From assembly GCA_964016885.1 (NCBI GenBank), contig OZ024743.1, positions 278,690,001 to 278,754,000 of the forward strand: a stretch of DNA of 64,000 nucleotides, given 5' to 3'. The translations under genes were made by a program, and so were the position numbers. Positions within the stretch are counted from its first letter, which is position 1; every line of letters starts with the position of its first letter. The DNA comes from Eledone cirrhosa (Eukaryota). The notes below the pieces were generated by a model. It did no database searches and was not told the DNA's origin. It saw nothing but the letters and a program-made list of their open reading frames with translations. Below are positions 12,896 to 26,772 of the stretch, in pieces.

Positions 12896-13291
12896 ATTAA
12901 CTTTAAAATCATGTTTTATTCCTTACACATGTTTCAAGAGAATTGTACATCCAATTATTCGAATAATGTTAGATGAAAATTCGTATAATCAATATCTATA
13001 CATACACAATGATACAGAGGTATATTTTTGTACTTTTCCATCTTAGGATGAATGAAAAGCCCCATTAAATTGAAGAAAATGTATCCGAAATTAAATTCAT
13101 ATTTTAGGCACACGCAATGCCAGTGGATATGTTTCAATTTAATATGCATATTTTCATACCTCCGAAGATAGAGAAGTACAAATATGTATAGGTATTGATT
13201 ATACGAACTTTCACGTGACATTATTCGAATAATTGGATGTACAAACCAGTTGAAACATGTGTAAATAATTAAAAATGATTTTAAAGTTAAT
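12896..13291. mobile_element. Diverged inverted-repeat element; each arm is a decayed HHR with long stem II
   Basis: Arms about 12896-13052 and 13157-13291. Consensus of the two arms: ttcct CCGAAGA t agagaa gtaca..tgtac aa ttctct t GAAA catgtg TA aggaa. Confidence 0.7.
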
Positions 13292-13444
13292 ATTCCAATG
13301 TATATAGTATATTATATTTACTCAGTGTCAGTCTCTGCTTTTCCAACGAATATAATATATAAACACGAAAAGACGTGTTGAATATATACTATCTATATAA
13401 TTCTCTACATACCTTTAAGCTTTGTATATTTACTTTTACTTCTG

Positions 13445-13490
<46 letters not shown>

Positions 13491-13591
13491 CGGAGGTAAA
13501 AGTAAATATATATATATATATCTGTGTGTGTGTGTGTGTGTGCATATATATATTATATATGCATATATACACAGACACAGACATACACAGA

Positions 13592-13661
<70 letters not shown>

Positions 13662-13899
13662 TGTTATTTTTTATCGACTCAACTATAATATGTTCTCTGT
13701 TTACAAATCAAGCTGAACTTCTTCGATGGTTAAGGTGGCTGTTGTTGTAAATGTTATACTTGTTTGTAAGCATACCGAAACCGCTGGCGGTGTTTATGTG
13801 CTCTCGTGAAAAACATATATCAAACAAAAGTTATATATATAGGCCTTTCTTGACTTTGAATGGTGTGAAATAAACACATTCGTTCTCCCACTCTTTCTT

Positions 13900-14170
13900 A
13901 TCATCATCATCATCATCATCATCATCACCGTTTTACGTCCGTTCTTCCACGCTAGCATGAGTTAGACGGGTTGTCCTTTTGTGGGCAGTGTCTGGTCAGC
14001 TGACCATGCCTTGCTCATACAGGAACTGATTTGTCTTGATTTCTACAGCTGGATGCCCTTCCTAACACCAACCTCATTTACAGTGAGTGCTGGGTGCTTT
14101 TTCGTGGCGCCTACACGTCCACTTTACAGTGTGGGCTGGGTGCTTTTTTGCCGTGGCACCTCCACGACCA
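13900..14170 (-). mobile_element. SINE-like repeat with (GAT)n tail
   Basis: Minus strand reads ggtgttaggaagggcatccagctgtagaa..catgctagcgtggaagaacggacgtaaaacg(gat)n, a motif I recognise from cephalopod SINEs. Confidence 0.6.
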
Positions 14171-14238
14171 CCTTGCATATTGTCTATATGCTTCAGCTTG
14201 TACCCATGGGAGGTCGTATATATATATATATATATATA

Positions 14239-14413
14239 ACAAACAAAGAATATGTTATAAGATACCAGGTGGACATTAACGCACCAGAGTACTCGATACT
14301 TAGGATAGTAGAGTGGGTAATAGGAAAAGAGTCAGGATCCCGACGGCTGAGCTCCGGCAGTTTGAAAACAGTCTAAACAGCTTGAGGTCAGCCGTCGTGG
14401 TCCTGACTATTTT

Positions 14414-14417
<4 letters not shown>
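14239..14417. mobile_element. ~190-bp fold-back family copy
   Basis: Homologous to 9610-9796 and flanked by (TA)n. Confidence 0.78.
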
Positions 14418-14445
<28 letters not shown>

Positions 14446-14448
<3 letters not shown>

Positions 14449-15390
14449 CAGACCCCTTCTTCCTCCCGTTAGACCTGTGCGAAATTCCTTCCTTGCTCAC
14501 ATTTCAACCAGTTTTGATGGTCTTTATTCTCTCGTTCACGATTTCACCGAATTTATATTCATAGAAATCTGGGACTTGTCTCTTTCTTCTCACTTTCTGT
14601 TGCTTAAACCATTTTGTTTGTTTACCCTAGCGTCCCCTTTATTTACGTGTCCCAACGACTTTTTTTAGCCGTTGCTCGCACCAACCTGAGGTATATGGCC
14701 TTTAAAGCGATGAAATGCCTACGACGGTTGGAAGGCCACTGATGAAGGACTTACTTTTTCATATGTAACCCATTTGCAACGCCGCAGCTCCATTATTAAC
14801 ATATTTACACATATATTTTTTCCTCTGCTGCCACCCGTCTGTTTCGTTCTTTGTATCTTTACCCTTTCTAGCAGTCTCTCTTTCTCTGTTAGCCTCTTCC
14901 TCAACTTTCACTCACTCATTCTCTGACACTACCTCTCCTCCTCCTCTTTCTTCCCGTTTGACCTGTCCGAATTCTTTTCTCTCGACCTCTTGGCCAAGCC
15001 AGTATGAATTTTTTTTTTCTCTCTCTCTCTCTCGTCTGCGACCTCACAGAACTTATGTTTACCGAATTCGCAGACCAGACCCCTTCTTCCTCCCGTTAGA
15101 CCTGTGCGAAATTCCTTCCTTGCTCACATTTCAACCAGGTTTGATGGTCTTTATTCTCTCGTTCACGATTTCACCGAATTTATATTCATAGAAATCTGGG
15201 ACTTGTCTCTTTCTTCTCACTTTCTGTTGCTTAAACCATTTTGTTTGTTTACCCTCGCGTCCCCTTTATTTACGTGTCCCAACGACTTTTTTTAGCCGTT
15301 GCTCGCACCAACCTGAGGTATATGGCCTTTAAAGCGATGAAATGCCTACGACGGTTGGAAGGCCACTGATGAAGGACTTACTTTTTCATA
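14446..15390 (+). repeat. 1.5 head-to-tail units of a ~627-bp non-coding repeat in (TA)n
   Basis: 14446-14763 recurs almost identically at 15073-15390. The same family is at 48768-49966. Confidence 0.9.
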
Positions 15391-15401
15391 TATATGTATA
15401 T

Positions 15402-15477
<76 letters not shown>

Positions 15478-15533
15478 GACGTAAAATAAGAACATTTTAA
15501 AAATTGAAAATTAACTTACTTACTAAAATGTTC

Positions 15534-15615
15534 ACTCCAACTAATTAGTTTCTGTAATGGGATAAAGATAGTTACGTAATATAACCATCGAGAATTCATT
15601 ACGTAATCAGGGAGT
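15534..15615 (-). ncRNA. Decayed hammerhead motif
   Basis: ACUCC CUGAUUA c GUAAUG..CAUUAC a GAAA CUAAUUAG UU GGAGU. Has an 8-nt palindromic stem III; G8 and H17 are mutated. Confidence 0.55.
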
Positions 15616-15919
15616 CTATTCTCAGCTAAGTCTCCAGGCAATGCGCGGACACTAGGGACTCATATAAAAATAATAATAATTCGGTGGATGGAACAGCTAG
15701 CGGGAACTGAATTCCAAAGCACTGAAAAAGTTCACTGTCTCTGGTCAAATGGCAGATTCTAAAGAATCAATCACGTGCCAATGAGGCTAGTCGGAAGGAG
15801 TGGGGTGGTAAAATGACAACATATGTATTTGCTAGCATTAGTGTACATCTGTACGCATATGTTGGTAAATATACTAATTCTCTCTCTCTATATATATATA
15901 TATATACAGACACACACAC

Positions 15920-15951
<32 letters not shown>

Positions 15952-15954
15952 GTG

Positions 15955-16370
15955 TGTGTGTGTATGAATATATAAATATATGTATGTATGTATATATTTA
16001 TGTGTGTATATATATATATATATGTGTGTGTGTGCGTGTGCGTGTGTCGTCTGTGTGTGACTGCCTGTATGTATGTGTGTGTCTATGTGTGTGTGTGTAT
16101 GAGTATATAAATATATGTATGTATCCATGTATATATTTATGTGTGTATATATATATATGTGTGTGTGCGTGTGAGTGTGTGTGTCTGTGTGTGACTGCCT
16201 GTATGTATGTGTGTGTCTATGTGTGTGTGTGTATGAGTATATAAATTTATGTATGTATGTATATATTTATGTGTGTATATATATATATATGTGTGTGTGT
16301 GTGTGCGTGTGCGTGTGTGTGTCTGTGTGTGTCTGTGTGCGACTGCCTGTATGTATGTGTGTGTATTTAT
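15955..16370. repeat. Three tandem ~135-bp units built from compound microsatellites
   Basis: gactgcctgtatgtatgtg and tatga(a/g)tatataaat recur at about 135-bp spacing. Confidence 0.8.
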
Positions 16371-16970
16371 ATAGTTTTGAAAATGTCCATTGATTGCCAA
16401 TGATAAGATCTGCCTGAATATGAGGTAGGGGTAAGCTATTTATAATTAACAGGGAAATTTCAACTCGACACCAGTCACGGAAAATATCAAACTAAAGTCT
16501 TTGTGAATTGTGGGACAAATAAAGAAATAAACACATAACCAGATTAAATATGCATAATAAAGTACAGCGCCTGTATATTGAATTACATGTATACACCATC
16601 TCCAACGCAAACATAAATTATAATACCTTGCCGACATTTGCCAAGTGAAAAGCAAAAGCTCTTTATGTTGTTAAGAGAAAGCGATAAGTCATGATAATGA
16701 TATTGTTTTCTCTTTCCGTTTAATGTAATGTAATACGAATATCTGTTGTTTATTTAACTTTCTATTTAAATAATGATACTTACACTGAATAAACTATCGA
16801 TTATAATATCGGAATTAATTCAATTCACCCCATACTACTTATTAACACGGTGAAACAATTACACACTAACATATATATATATATATGCTTATATATATGC
16901 TTATATATATGCTTATATATATATATGTGTATATATGCATATATATATATGTTTGTGTGTGTGTGTGTGT

Positions 16971-17050
<80 letters not shown>

Positions 17051-20000
17051 GTGTGTGTGTGTGCGTGTGTGTAAGTATGCAAGAATCTTTTAAGATTAAT
17101 TGGCATGACAACGTAAACTCTGACGATTGAAGCGTTAAAATTTGTCAACCGAGTACCAATATAACACAGAAAGCGCTAAAACAGGGGAAGTAACTGACCG
17201 AGGAAATAGATTGTATATGATAGAAACATTCCACATAATCACTGTAAGGTGTGTTGTAGAGCTTATAAATGATGGTGTTGAATATCCAGGACTTGATACT
17301 GTCATATCTAAAGAGTGAAACTGTCTGGTATCTAACTATGTCAATTGGAATTCAGTTTATGAATCAGTAATATCAATCACTAGATATATCCGCTCAAAAG
17401 TCTATGTATCAGGTTTGTACTCCTATTATGCTGTGATAAAAAGTTGTTCTTCAAAATAAATAGAACAAACTATGAGCTTTATTTTTATTGCTTGGTCAGA
17501 AGTGAAGCCAGTGCTTTTTCTGGGCATATGAGATATGTTCTGAGGATAAGAAGAAAATATGATTAGCCCGAGGATATATCACGACTATAGCACTACAGAA
17601 TGTATCACTGAAGGCCACCGAGGCCAGGTATTCGTATCAACCGAGAGACGTATTAAGTGTACTAGTCCCGTATGCTATATCAGAATTTCAAAAAGGATGT
17701 AAAGAAGCATCAGGTTAGACGGTCTAACAATTCCACAAGTCAACCACCCGGGATTAATATTTCAATTATTTGAATCTCGACAAAGGGAAATGCAAAGATG
17801 ATTTCGTTGGGATTTGAAGTCAGATGGCGAAAAGCCAGAACACAAACAGGGCGTTAGTTTGACCGATAGTCTAAGGTTTCTGCCAATTCGCCGTCACCCC
17901 TGGAATAAGTGTGATAGTACCTAAATGAAAAACATATATAAACATATTTTTAGAATAGAAGGAATCCCCATTGCAATCAAACTTTTGCAACATCCGTTAC
18001 ATATGTTACGAGAGAATATATCCGCCAAAATCATTGTATTTTTCAGCGAAGCCATTTTCCATGACGCCTGGAAAGAGAACAGCCCTGATTGATCGTTTTG
18101 GACTTCCTTATCAAATGTAGGCTTATCTTATTTTATATGACTGCGAGCAAGAATTGAACGGAAATAGATTTGCTATTTCATGTAGATCGAATGATCTATT
18201 TCAGCTCATTTATAATAGTTACGGCTCCTTTATAAGTTACCCTTATATAAATACGGAAAAAATTCAATATAAGTTTTCCCGTATGAAGTATATATATTCA
18301 CAGAAAATTAAAAGGTCACCCAATTAATATTTGTTGTTAATGAATATATAGAAATAAAATTTACAACACGTTAACAAAATAGTGATCCAATTTCATAGCT
18401 ATAATTAAATATAAATGTATCTAATGATAATACATAAGTAAATCATGGGAAATAGCGCTGAATCCAATTTAAATAAACATCTATGCTACTTCTAGATGCG
18501 TGAGTATGTGTCCGTGAAATATATACATGTTCACCTAGTCCGAACAGAGAAGAGCCAAACTCCCACCGTCACTTCTGCTCTCCCCAGGAACCACTGTGGG
18601 GTTGCGAGCCCGAACGAAAACATACGAAGCAGTGCTAATAATAACTGAACGAGGATACGAACTGAAGTATGTCTCATTTTTCGTATGTACCGTGACAATT
18701 CCAAGCATGTTTCAATCAAATTAGGCCTTCTCAGTGAAGAAATATTTTACTCACACATTCTTTAAAATCGACCAAGAAAATATATGGATGTTACTTTAAA
18801 GATATACACAAATGCCTTAATTCATAATAATACATTTTTTTCAAAATGTTGAAAGATGGATAGCAATTTTAAGGGGAAAGTGAGCAAGCCGATTAAATCT
18901 CAGAACTATAGCAAGCCCGAAAGGATAAAATACCATTTTTTTCTCGGTATGATTTGAATTCAGAGTGTAAAAATCTAGAACAAATGCAACAGTGCATTTT
19001 GTCGGACACACTAAATATTCTGCGAATATATGCTTCAGTAATATTTAATAATTGTTTCTACTTTTGGCACAAGGCCAGCAATCAACCCAGTGTATTACTG
19101 GTACTTTATTTAATATTTAATAATGACATGAAAAAATTTCTCTGGGATGACTGGAAATAAATAAAATTTACATTTTTAAAAGAGGAATAATATACTTTAT
19201 TTTGGGAGCTTCATTTTAGTAGAGACGTTAACTGAGGGTATTATTTGTTATTTTCATATTTAGTGATGATAGAGGCAATGATGATAATGATGCTGGTAAT
19301 GAGGATGGTGGTTATAATGATGATAATGAGGATGACGAAGATTATAAAGATGGTGATGAGGATGATGATGATTATAATGATGATGATGATAATGATGGCG
19401 TAGATAATAACAATGTTCATAATTTCTATGATAAATATATTTATATGAATCAAAATCTCACTTCCTAGTTAATGGTAAAATATGATGTAGTAAGATTGGA
19501 AATACAAACTCATCTATTATACTTACATGAACACTCAAACACACGTACATACGCATACACATTATGTAAAACAAATAATCAATAGAAAAATAAGCACACA
19601 CATAAATGTATCCGTAAACAGACATAAGACAATACACGTTCCAGTGTATGTGTACGTTTATATGGGTATGAATATATATATATGTTATATTTAACCATTC
19701 TGTCGAGAGCTTTATTCGATTTGTGATATTTTGCATTCTCGCAATATTATACACAACTGAATCATTCGCCTAATATAGGTGTTGCCTCCCTTGCTGAAAT
19801 CCACGTGGGGTCAGTAATAGCCACACTATCTATAGCATTTTGGAGCAAAATCCGTTGATAACACGGCTTCCTTGCTCAATCATCTTAGCAGAAGCCCAAC
19901 ATTCTTTATGTAGGCGGACAGTACCTGATTTTGGAGTCGCAGAAACCAAATACTGGATTTTACCATAAATCCAGGGTCCGGGTAAATTATCAACACATAT

Positions 20001-20224
20001 ATTTTTATTGTTTGACCCTAATTACTTGGTCGTTTGTTTTGGCTGTGCGGATGATCTGTTTAACCATCATCTCAGTGTGTTTGGCCCTTAACGTATGTTG
20101 TAGCTCTGATTCACATGAATCATCGAGCGCTTGCCACACATATCGGACGTTGATTTTCGTTAATTCCTGAGCTGAAATACGATTCTCGCTAATTTATATT
20201 TATATATATACATATATATATATA

Positions 20225-20283
<59 letters not shown>

Positions 20284-20395
20284 CAAAGAATGAGTTTTAC
20301 AGTAGATTGGAAGCACTCTACAAGAAAATATTTTCCAGAGTTATTAATATTAAAATACAAATATTAATAAAATAGATGTTCTTTTGATCAATGAA

Positions 20396-20448
20396 ATTTT
20401 ATTATGCATATTTCCGAGGTACAACAGTACGTCCTCATCAGACAAAAT
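20396..20448 (-). ncRNA. Minimal type-I hammerhead in inverted PLE repeat
   Basis: AUUUUGU CUGAUGA ggac GUAC uguu GUAC cucg GAAA UAUGCA UA AUAAAAU, with palindrome UAUGCAUA. Confidence 0.75.
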
Positions 20449-20691
20449 ATAATGATACATGACATACCCTGAGATGTTAAATGGTTAAGATTTAATCAAG
20501 GTAGTGATTAAGTTATGAGAAAACTCAACATTTATACCCTAATAATGAGAAAATGCGAAAACGTAATAGAATCAATAGAGGAGGTATGAGTAAGAAAACG
20601 TTGCTTTAATGTAAGAGTTATAGAAATTTTTGAAAATGTGGGATACTACAAATTACGATTATAGAAGAAGACGTGTCTGGAGTTATAATTT

Positions 20692-22035
20692 TATAAAAAA
20701 GCCCCGGCTGAAGATCTTACAGAAATTAACGAGGATGCCTATAAATTAATTACCAATTTAGGAATAGAAGGAAGAACCGATCCATTTATCCCTAGGCAGC
20801 CGCGGATTAACTTAAAGGATCACAAAAGAAACCTCGAGGAAGATATGCCAGTTAGATTGATTGCTCCATCCAAATCGGATATTGGAGTAATCAGTAAAAA
20901 CATCATCGATAGAATCTTACATCGATAGAATTGAGATCTAATTTGAGCTTGTGTAAAGATACAAATGAAGTCATAGAATGGTACAAGAATATAGATGATA
21001 AGATAAACCATAAATTCATCCAGATGGACATAACAAACTACTATTCTTCCATAACACCTAACCTCTGGCTTTTATTACCCTTTTCACAAGCCCAATGAAA
21101 ACTTAAATTATGTTAGTTTCCATTCCAATCACCCTAAATCTGTAAAAAAAAAAGCTAGAGTTAATAGTGTGCAAAAACGCATTAATAGAATATCAGCCAA
21201 TAAAGCAATATTTGATGATAATGCAGCATACTACAATGATGCGTTAAAAAGAGCAGGATATGAGAATAATATAGAATATGTAGATAATAATAATCCAAGT
21301 TTTAATCCGGATAAAAATAATGGCATACATAAACGATACTCTAATAATTATAATTCAAACACCCATACGCCAAACAAATTGAGGAAAAGAACTAGAACTA
21401 AATCAGTCATATGGTTTGCTCCCTCTGCTTCGGTAGCTGTTAGAACACCAATTGCAAAATTATTCTTTAATGCTTTGAACACCTCTTTTCCTACTCAACA
21501 TAAATACCATTCCATTTTTAATAGACACACTATTAAATTATCTTATTCTACAACTATGAATATGGCCCAAAACATTGCTAAATTAAACAGTAAAATTCTA
21601 AAGCAGAATCAGCATAATAATCTTAATAATAGTGTTAACATAAATGTTAATAAACCAAAATGTAATTGTAGAAATAAAATTGATTGCCCTCTGCAAAATA
21701 ATTGTTTCGATAGTAATTTGGTGTATAAATGCACCGTAAAAACTGATTACAACACATACAACTACATAGGATCGACTTCTTCTACATTTAAAGCTAGATT
21801 TTCGAATCATAAATGCTCATGTTCAAACTCCAAGAGGAAATGATCCACTTCTTTATCACAGCTTATATGGTCATTAAAAGAGAAGAATTTAAAATACTCC
21901 ATTTTTTGGACGAAACTTCGTAATAGTGGAGTTTACCGCTACTCAAGTATATCAAGTAACTGCGCGATTTGTACAATGGAGACCCTTTTGATAATTAATA
22001 ATTGTGAGACCTTAATTAACAAAAAAATTATTCTC
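20692..22035 (+). pseudogene. PLE reverse transcriptase (central deletion) + GIY-YIG endonuclease
   Basis: INLKDHK..PVRLIAPSKSDIG and FIQMDITNYYSSIT, then a jump to KPNENLNYV..HSNHP. Further on: VIWFAP, IFNRHTIKLSYS, CNCx5CPLx3C, LVY..YIG..FKARFSNH and LSQLIWSLKE. Confidence 0.9.
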
Positions 22036-23513
22036 TAATTGCCTTCATAAAGCCTTGTCTACATTCCAAGCCTCCCATAATACCAGGAAAAAACAGTAAG
22101 CAACCAAACTTGGTTTTTAGACGTACATAATCAACAGTTGAAAACCTTAATGGCCTTTAATATTGCTTTATCTTATAACCATCTATAAAGGAAATAACGT
22201 TTGAATGAATGACACTTGTTTAATAATATGCTGGCACGTTGATATACGTAACATATAGTTTTTTTGAATATTAATAACTTTGATGATCCATACCATTAGT
22301 TCTCTATCTTTATTATTTTCTATCTATGTTTTAAATATAGTTCAAATATCCAACCTGTAAATTTTTACGGACCTTATTTTGAACTGTGAATCATTCATGC
22401 GTTTACACTCTTTTATATATATGTATCTATTTAACTTATGCATGTTTGAATCTATTATCTAAGATTATAATCGTTATCATTTACCAAAAGTATACTGTCT
22501 CATTATCTCTCTATCCCTAATTTTTTGCAAATATGTTTATATTGTATAATAACATAATCATATTATTAGTTACGTATATCTCTGCATCTAGTTTTTTGCA
22601 TCTATATTTATAGTGTATAATAACTTAATCATAATTATTGTTTGGGTATAACGCTATATATAGTTTGTGCAAATATAAATATATTGTACAATAACATAAT
22701 CATTATTTAGAATACATTCTTCACTTAAAGGTAGAACTAATATAGGAATATAATATAATAAATATTAATTTATTACGATAAATGCACACATATATATCTC
22801 TATATATATAGCTGAAAACTCTGCGTTAATCATTATATTTTGACAATGTATCTACTTGACAATAAATTCTTCGATATTTGTAACACAAAGTACTTCTTAA
22901 ATTTTACATACCGAAAATGTTGACACTGTTACAGGTAATTTTGTTAATGATTACATTTAGGAGATTATTCAACAGTGTATATTTTTCTTTCGCGGGCCTA
23001 GTAAATCCTTTAAAATTTTGTTATCATAAAATTCAGAATTTTAGAAATGTAACACTTTAAAAAAATTTATAAAATTTATAAAATTAATATAAATAACCAT
23101 CAACTTTTAAAGCCTAAAATTTTGATTCTTCACCCTAAAATAACATAAATTAAATATTTTGAAATTTAACCGCTAAGTCCATACGGGGAAAACATTTTTT
23201 TCCACAAATTACTCCCCTTTAACTCTCCCTCTCTTTAATTATCTATCGGTAGCTTTCATAAACTGTAATAAAATTATAACTCCAGAAACGTCTTCCTCTA
23301 TAATCCTAATTTGTAGTATCCCACATTTTCAAAAATCTCTATAAGTCTTACACTAAAGCAACGTTTTCTTACTCATTCCTTCTCGATTGATTCTATTACG
23401 TTTTCGCATTTTCTCATTATTAGGGTATAAATGTTGAGTTTTCTCATAACTTAATCACTACCATGATTAAATCTTAACCATTTAACATCTCAGGGTATGT
23501 CATGTATCATTAT

Positions 23514-23566
23514 ATTTTGTCTGATGAGGACGTACTGTTGTAACTCTGAAATATGTATAATAAAAT
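23514..23566 (+). ncRNA. Minimal type-I hammerhead in PLE 3' repeat
   Basis: attttgt CTGATGA ggacgtactgttgtaactct GAAA tatgta TA ataaaat. Confidence 0.7.
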
Positions 23567-23676
23567 TTAATTGATCAAAAGAATATCTATTTTATTAATA
23601 TTTGTATTTTAATATATACATATATATATAGAATAGAAAACGAAAAATCAGTGATGCATCTGAACTCAATTTATTG

Positions 23677-23715
23677 TGTGTTACAATTGTTTCGCCGGGG
23701 GACAGCTCGAGACAC
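23677..23715 (-). ncRNA. Hammerhead with 2-nt core deletion
   Basis: GUGU CU--CGA GCUG ucccc CGGC GAAA CAAUUG UA ACAC, followed by AAUAAA. Confidence 0.6.
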
Positions 23716-23896
23716 GATCATTGTGTGGATCTGTCTGATTCTGGACACGCAGGTTCGACGGACACGTCTAATGATTTCGGAGCATATTCACTGAATTTTC
23801 GTTTTGTATTCTATCATACTCTGCTCTGTAAGAGCATAGAGTGCTCAACCGACATACCGCCTATAGAAGCATCTTAGCTACCATCAGACTCATATA

Positions 23897-24024
23897 CGTT
23901 TCGAAACGGCTTAAGCTCTGCCGTCGGGGTTAAACATTTTCCTATTATCCACTCTACTATCCTAAGTATTTAGTACTCTGGTGTGTTATGGTCCATCTGG
24001 TTCCTTACCATACCTCCTTCGTTA
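23897..24024. mobile_element. ~190-bp fold-back family, partial copy
   Basis: cgtttcgaaacggcttaagctctgccgtcgggg..cctattatccactctactatcctaagta. Confidence 0.72.
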
Positions 24025-24082
24025 TATACATATATATATACATATATATATACATACATATATATATATATTTATTATTTTA

Positions 24083-24130
<48 letters not shown>

Positions 24131-24133
24131 TAA

Positions 24134-24210
<77 letters not shown>

Positions 24211-24298
24211 TTTATATATATATATATATGTTTGTGTGTGTATATATATGGGGTTAAAATAATAAAATATTAAAAAGTTGTGTTTATATATATATTCA

Positions 24299-24398
<100 letters not shown>

Positions 24399-24549
24399 GA
24401 CACACACACACACAGACACACACATATATATATATATATTTATAACAAAGAAACAAAAAACAAACGAAAAAAAACGAGCAAATAAGTGAATGCATTAACA
24501 TGAAGTTGTATTAACTTCTCGCTTAAACGAAAGAGCGTAAGTTACATAG

Positions 24550-24584
24550 TGAACGTATCGGGTATTTGCCCTTCATCAGGACAA
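24550..24584 (-). ncRNA. Decayed hammerhead motif
   Basis: guc CUGAUGA a GGG caaaua CCC GAUA cguu. GAAA is mutated and the 3' strand of stem I is poor. Confidence 0.4.
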
Positions 24585-24950
24585 ATTAAAAAAAAAAGCG
24601 CAAAAAAATAATAAATAAAAAAACATTTTTTGGAAATAATGATAAAATAAAAAAGAGAGGGTGATGAAAGGGGAGTGGTCCGGTGTGTGGGTCGAGGTGA
24701 GTGGTGTAGACGTGTAGTTGGTGGTTGTGTGTATGTTTGGTGCATACTATACTGCGTGTGTGGGATTTAAATGTGTTGGCGGTGGAGTGTTTGTTTGTGA
24801 ATATACGCACACCCATGAACACAAACACATCCGTACCTCTGTACACACTCGTGTATGTGCGCGCGCGTGTGTATGTTAGTATGTATTTGGTAGGGATGTG
24901 TGGCTATTGGTGTGTATTGTGTGGTTGCATGTATTGGTGTGTGTATGTGC

Positions 24951-24993
<43 letters not shown>

Positions 24994-25367
24994 TTTGTAT
25001 TTGTGTCTGTTATTTTATAACTCTCACGATCTCGATTTGGAAGCTAACTTCAACACATTCAATCATCCATACCTATACATTCACAAAAAAAAAAGAACCA
25101 AAAAACAAAACATACGAAAACAAATAAAAGCTTGTATAGAGGTATATATGCACACACTGACAGATAAATCAACACACACATACAAATAGAGCAACACATA
25201 AACACACTTTTACATACGTGGAACGGCTAGAATTTTATCAACTTCTCAATATATGCAGGACCTAATTGAAAATTGATGTCAGCAAGTCTGAATTGTTAGA
25301 CTACTAACAATGCATACATACATACAAATATATACATACATAGACACACCCACACACACATACACAC

Positions 25368-25416
<49 letters not shown>

Positions 25417-25852
25417 TATATATATTATTATATTTGTGATTAGTCATGTTGCCAATATTGCTAATAAAAACACACGCACTATCTGATTTTCACTCCACCT
25501 ATATCATATATGTATACATATGTATGTATAAACAAACATATATACGTACATGCATACATACTCGTGAGCGTATGTGGACACATATCTGTATATATATATT
25601 TGTATATATACATGTATTGGTATATATTTTTTGTGTTTGTGTATGTGTGCTTGTGTGGGCGCATGTGTTTTTGTTGAGTTTCTAGTGAGCATATATATAA
25701 ATATTTTAACCGTCATGTTCTTTAAAATGATGTAAAGCTGATAAGTCATTATAATTCAGAAGTTATACGCACACATACACACATACACACACACTTATAT
25801 ATATATATATTTATATATGTATATATATTTATATATGTATATATATATATAT

Positions 25853-25926
<74 letters not shown>

Positions 25927-26678
25927 TACTGCTGATTTGCTAGTTGTACTGTTTATTGCACTTATTTTATTTTATTTTCACCTATTACTATCAGAGTACT
26001 TGTATTTTCTATTGTATTATTTTCTTATAATAGTAGTTGTAACTAATGGTGGTTCTGGCTGTTATTTTATTGACGTAATGGCATACATGGTTTGTTGGTG
26101 ATCAGATAATGCCATATAATGGTGTATGACGCTGCTTAATGTATTTCTCTATCGCCGAAATAGAATACCTGAATAGTTTACGTAGTTACTTGGAGAAAAG
26201 AGATAGCAACCGATTAAGTTTTTCTCTGCTACAGGGAAGGTAGTGTATCCCATAATCCACTTTAAATCATTAGGTTATTATAGAATTGTTCATTACAACT
26301 TAGGCACTAGAATTGTGGCATTCCATCGATTATATACTTTTCTGGCAATATCCTTTTCGTTGTTGTTGCTTTTTTTACTGTGTAATACAGAATAGATAAG
26401 GTTGCTTTTTCTGTAGTTTGTCTAGGCCCGGATCAGACTTATTTAAGCATAACTATGATTATGGTCATACCGTTCTTGCGTATTCAGGCATGCTGCATCT
26501 AGGAACATATCAACTGTTTCCCTCCTTAAGACGGAAATGTATGATCTTGTGGTAGATTTTGCTATGATTTACTGCATATCTGCTATGATTTATTGCATAT
26601 TTATAGTAGTTTAGTAATGAGAGCTATCAATGTAATTGTTTAAGATTTGTGCCATAATACGTTACCTTATATGTCATC

Positions 26679-26772
26679 CCGAAGTTAACTTTGCTTTTCA
26701 TCCTTACCGGGGTTGATGAAATAAAGCACCGAAATAATTGCTGAACTTGTGCCAAAAGTAGAAACAATTATT
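26679..26772 (+). mobile_element. OK-like SINE 3' fragment
   Basis: gttaactttgcttttcatccttac..cttgtgccaaaagtagaaacaatta. Confidence 0.75.

Larger units (their letters stand above)
20283..23613 (+). mobile_element. Penelope-like element (Naiad-like) with inverted terminal duplication
   Basis: 20345-20695 is the reverse complement of 23270-23613. Internal RT and GIY-YIG remnants, an HHR in both repeats, and (TA)n flanks. Confidence 0.9.

Noticed and set aside
14700-14990. GAAA..CTGATGA in the 627-bp unit as a hammerhead
   Set aside because: The type-II reading lacks NUH and stem II pairing. The long-range type-I reading relies on a GAA not conserved in the 49500 copy.
17490-19110. Very diverged OK-like SINE remnants (also about 53030-53250)
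   Set aside because: Motif fragments are visible, but boundaries cannot be set reliably.
21841-21843. In-frame TGA in the PLE GIY-YIG as possible selenocysteine
   Set aside because: It is not at an evident Cys-ligand position, the copy has other stops and frameshifts, and I identified no SECIS.
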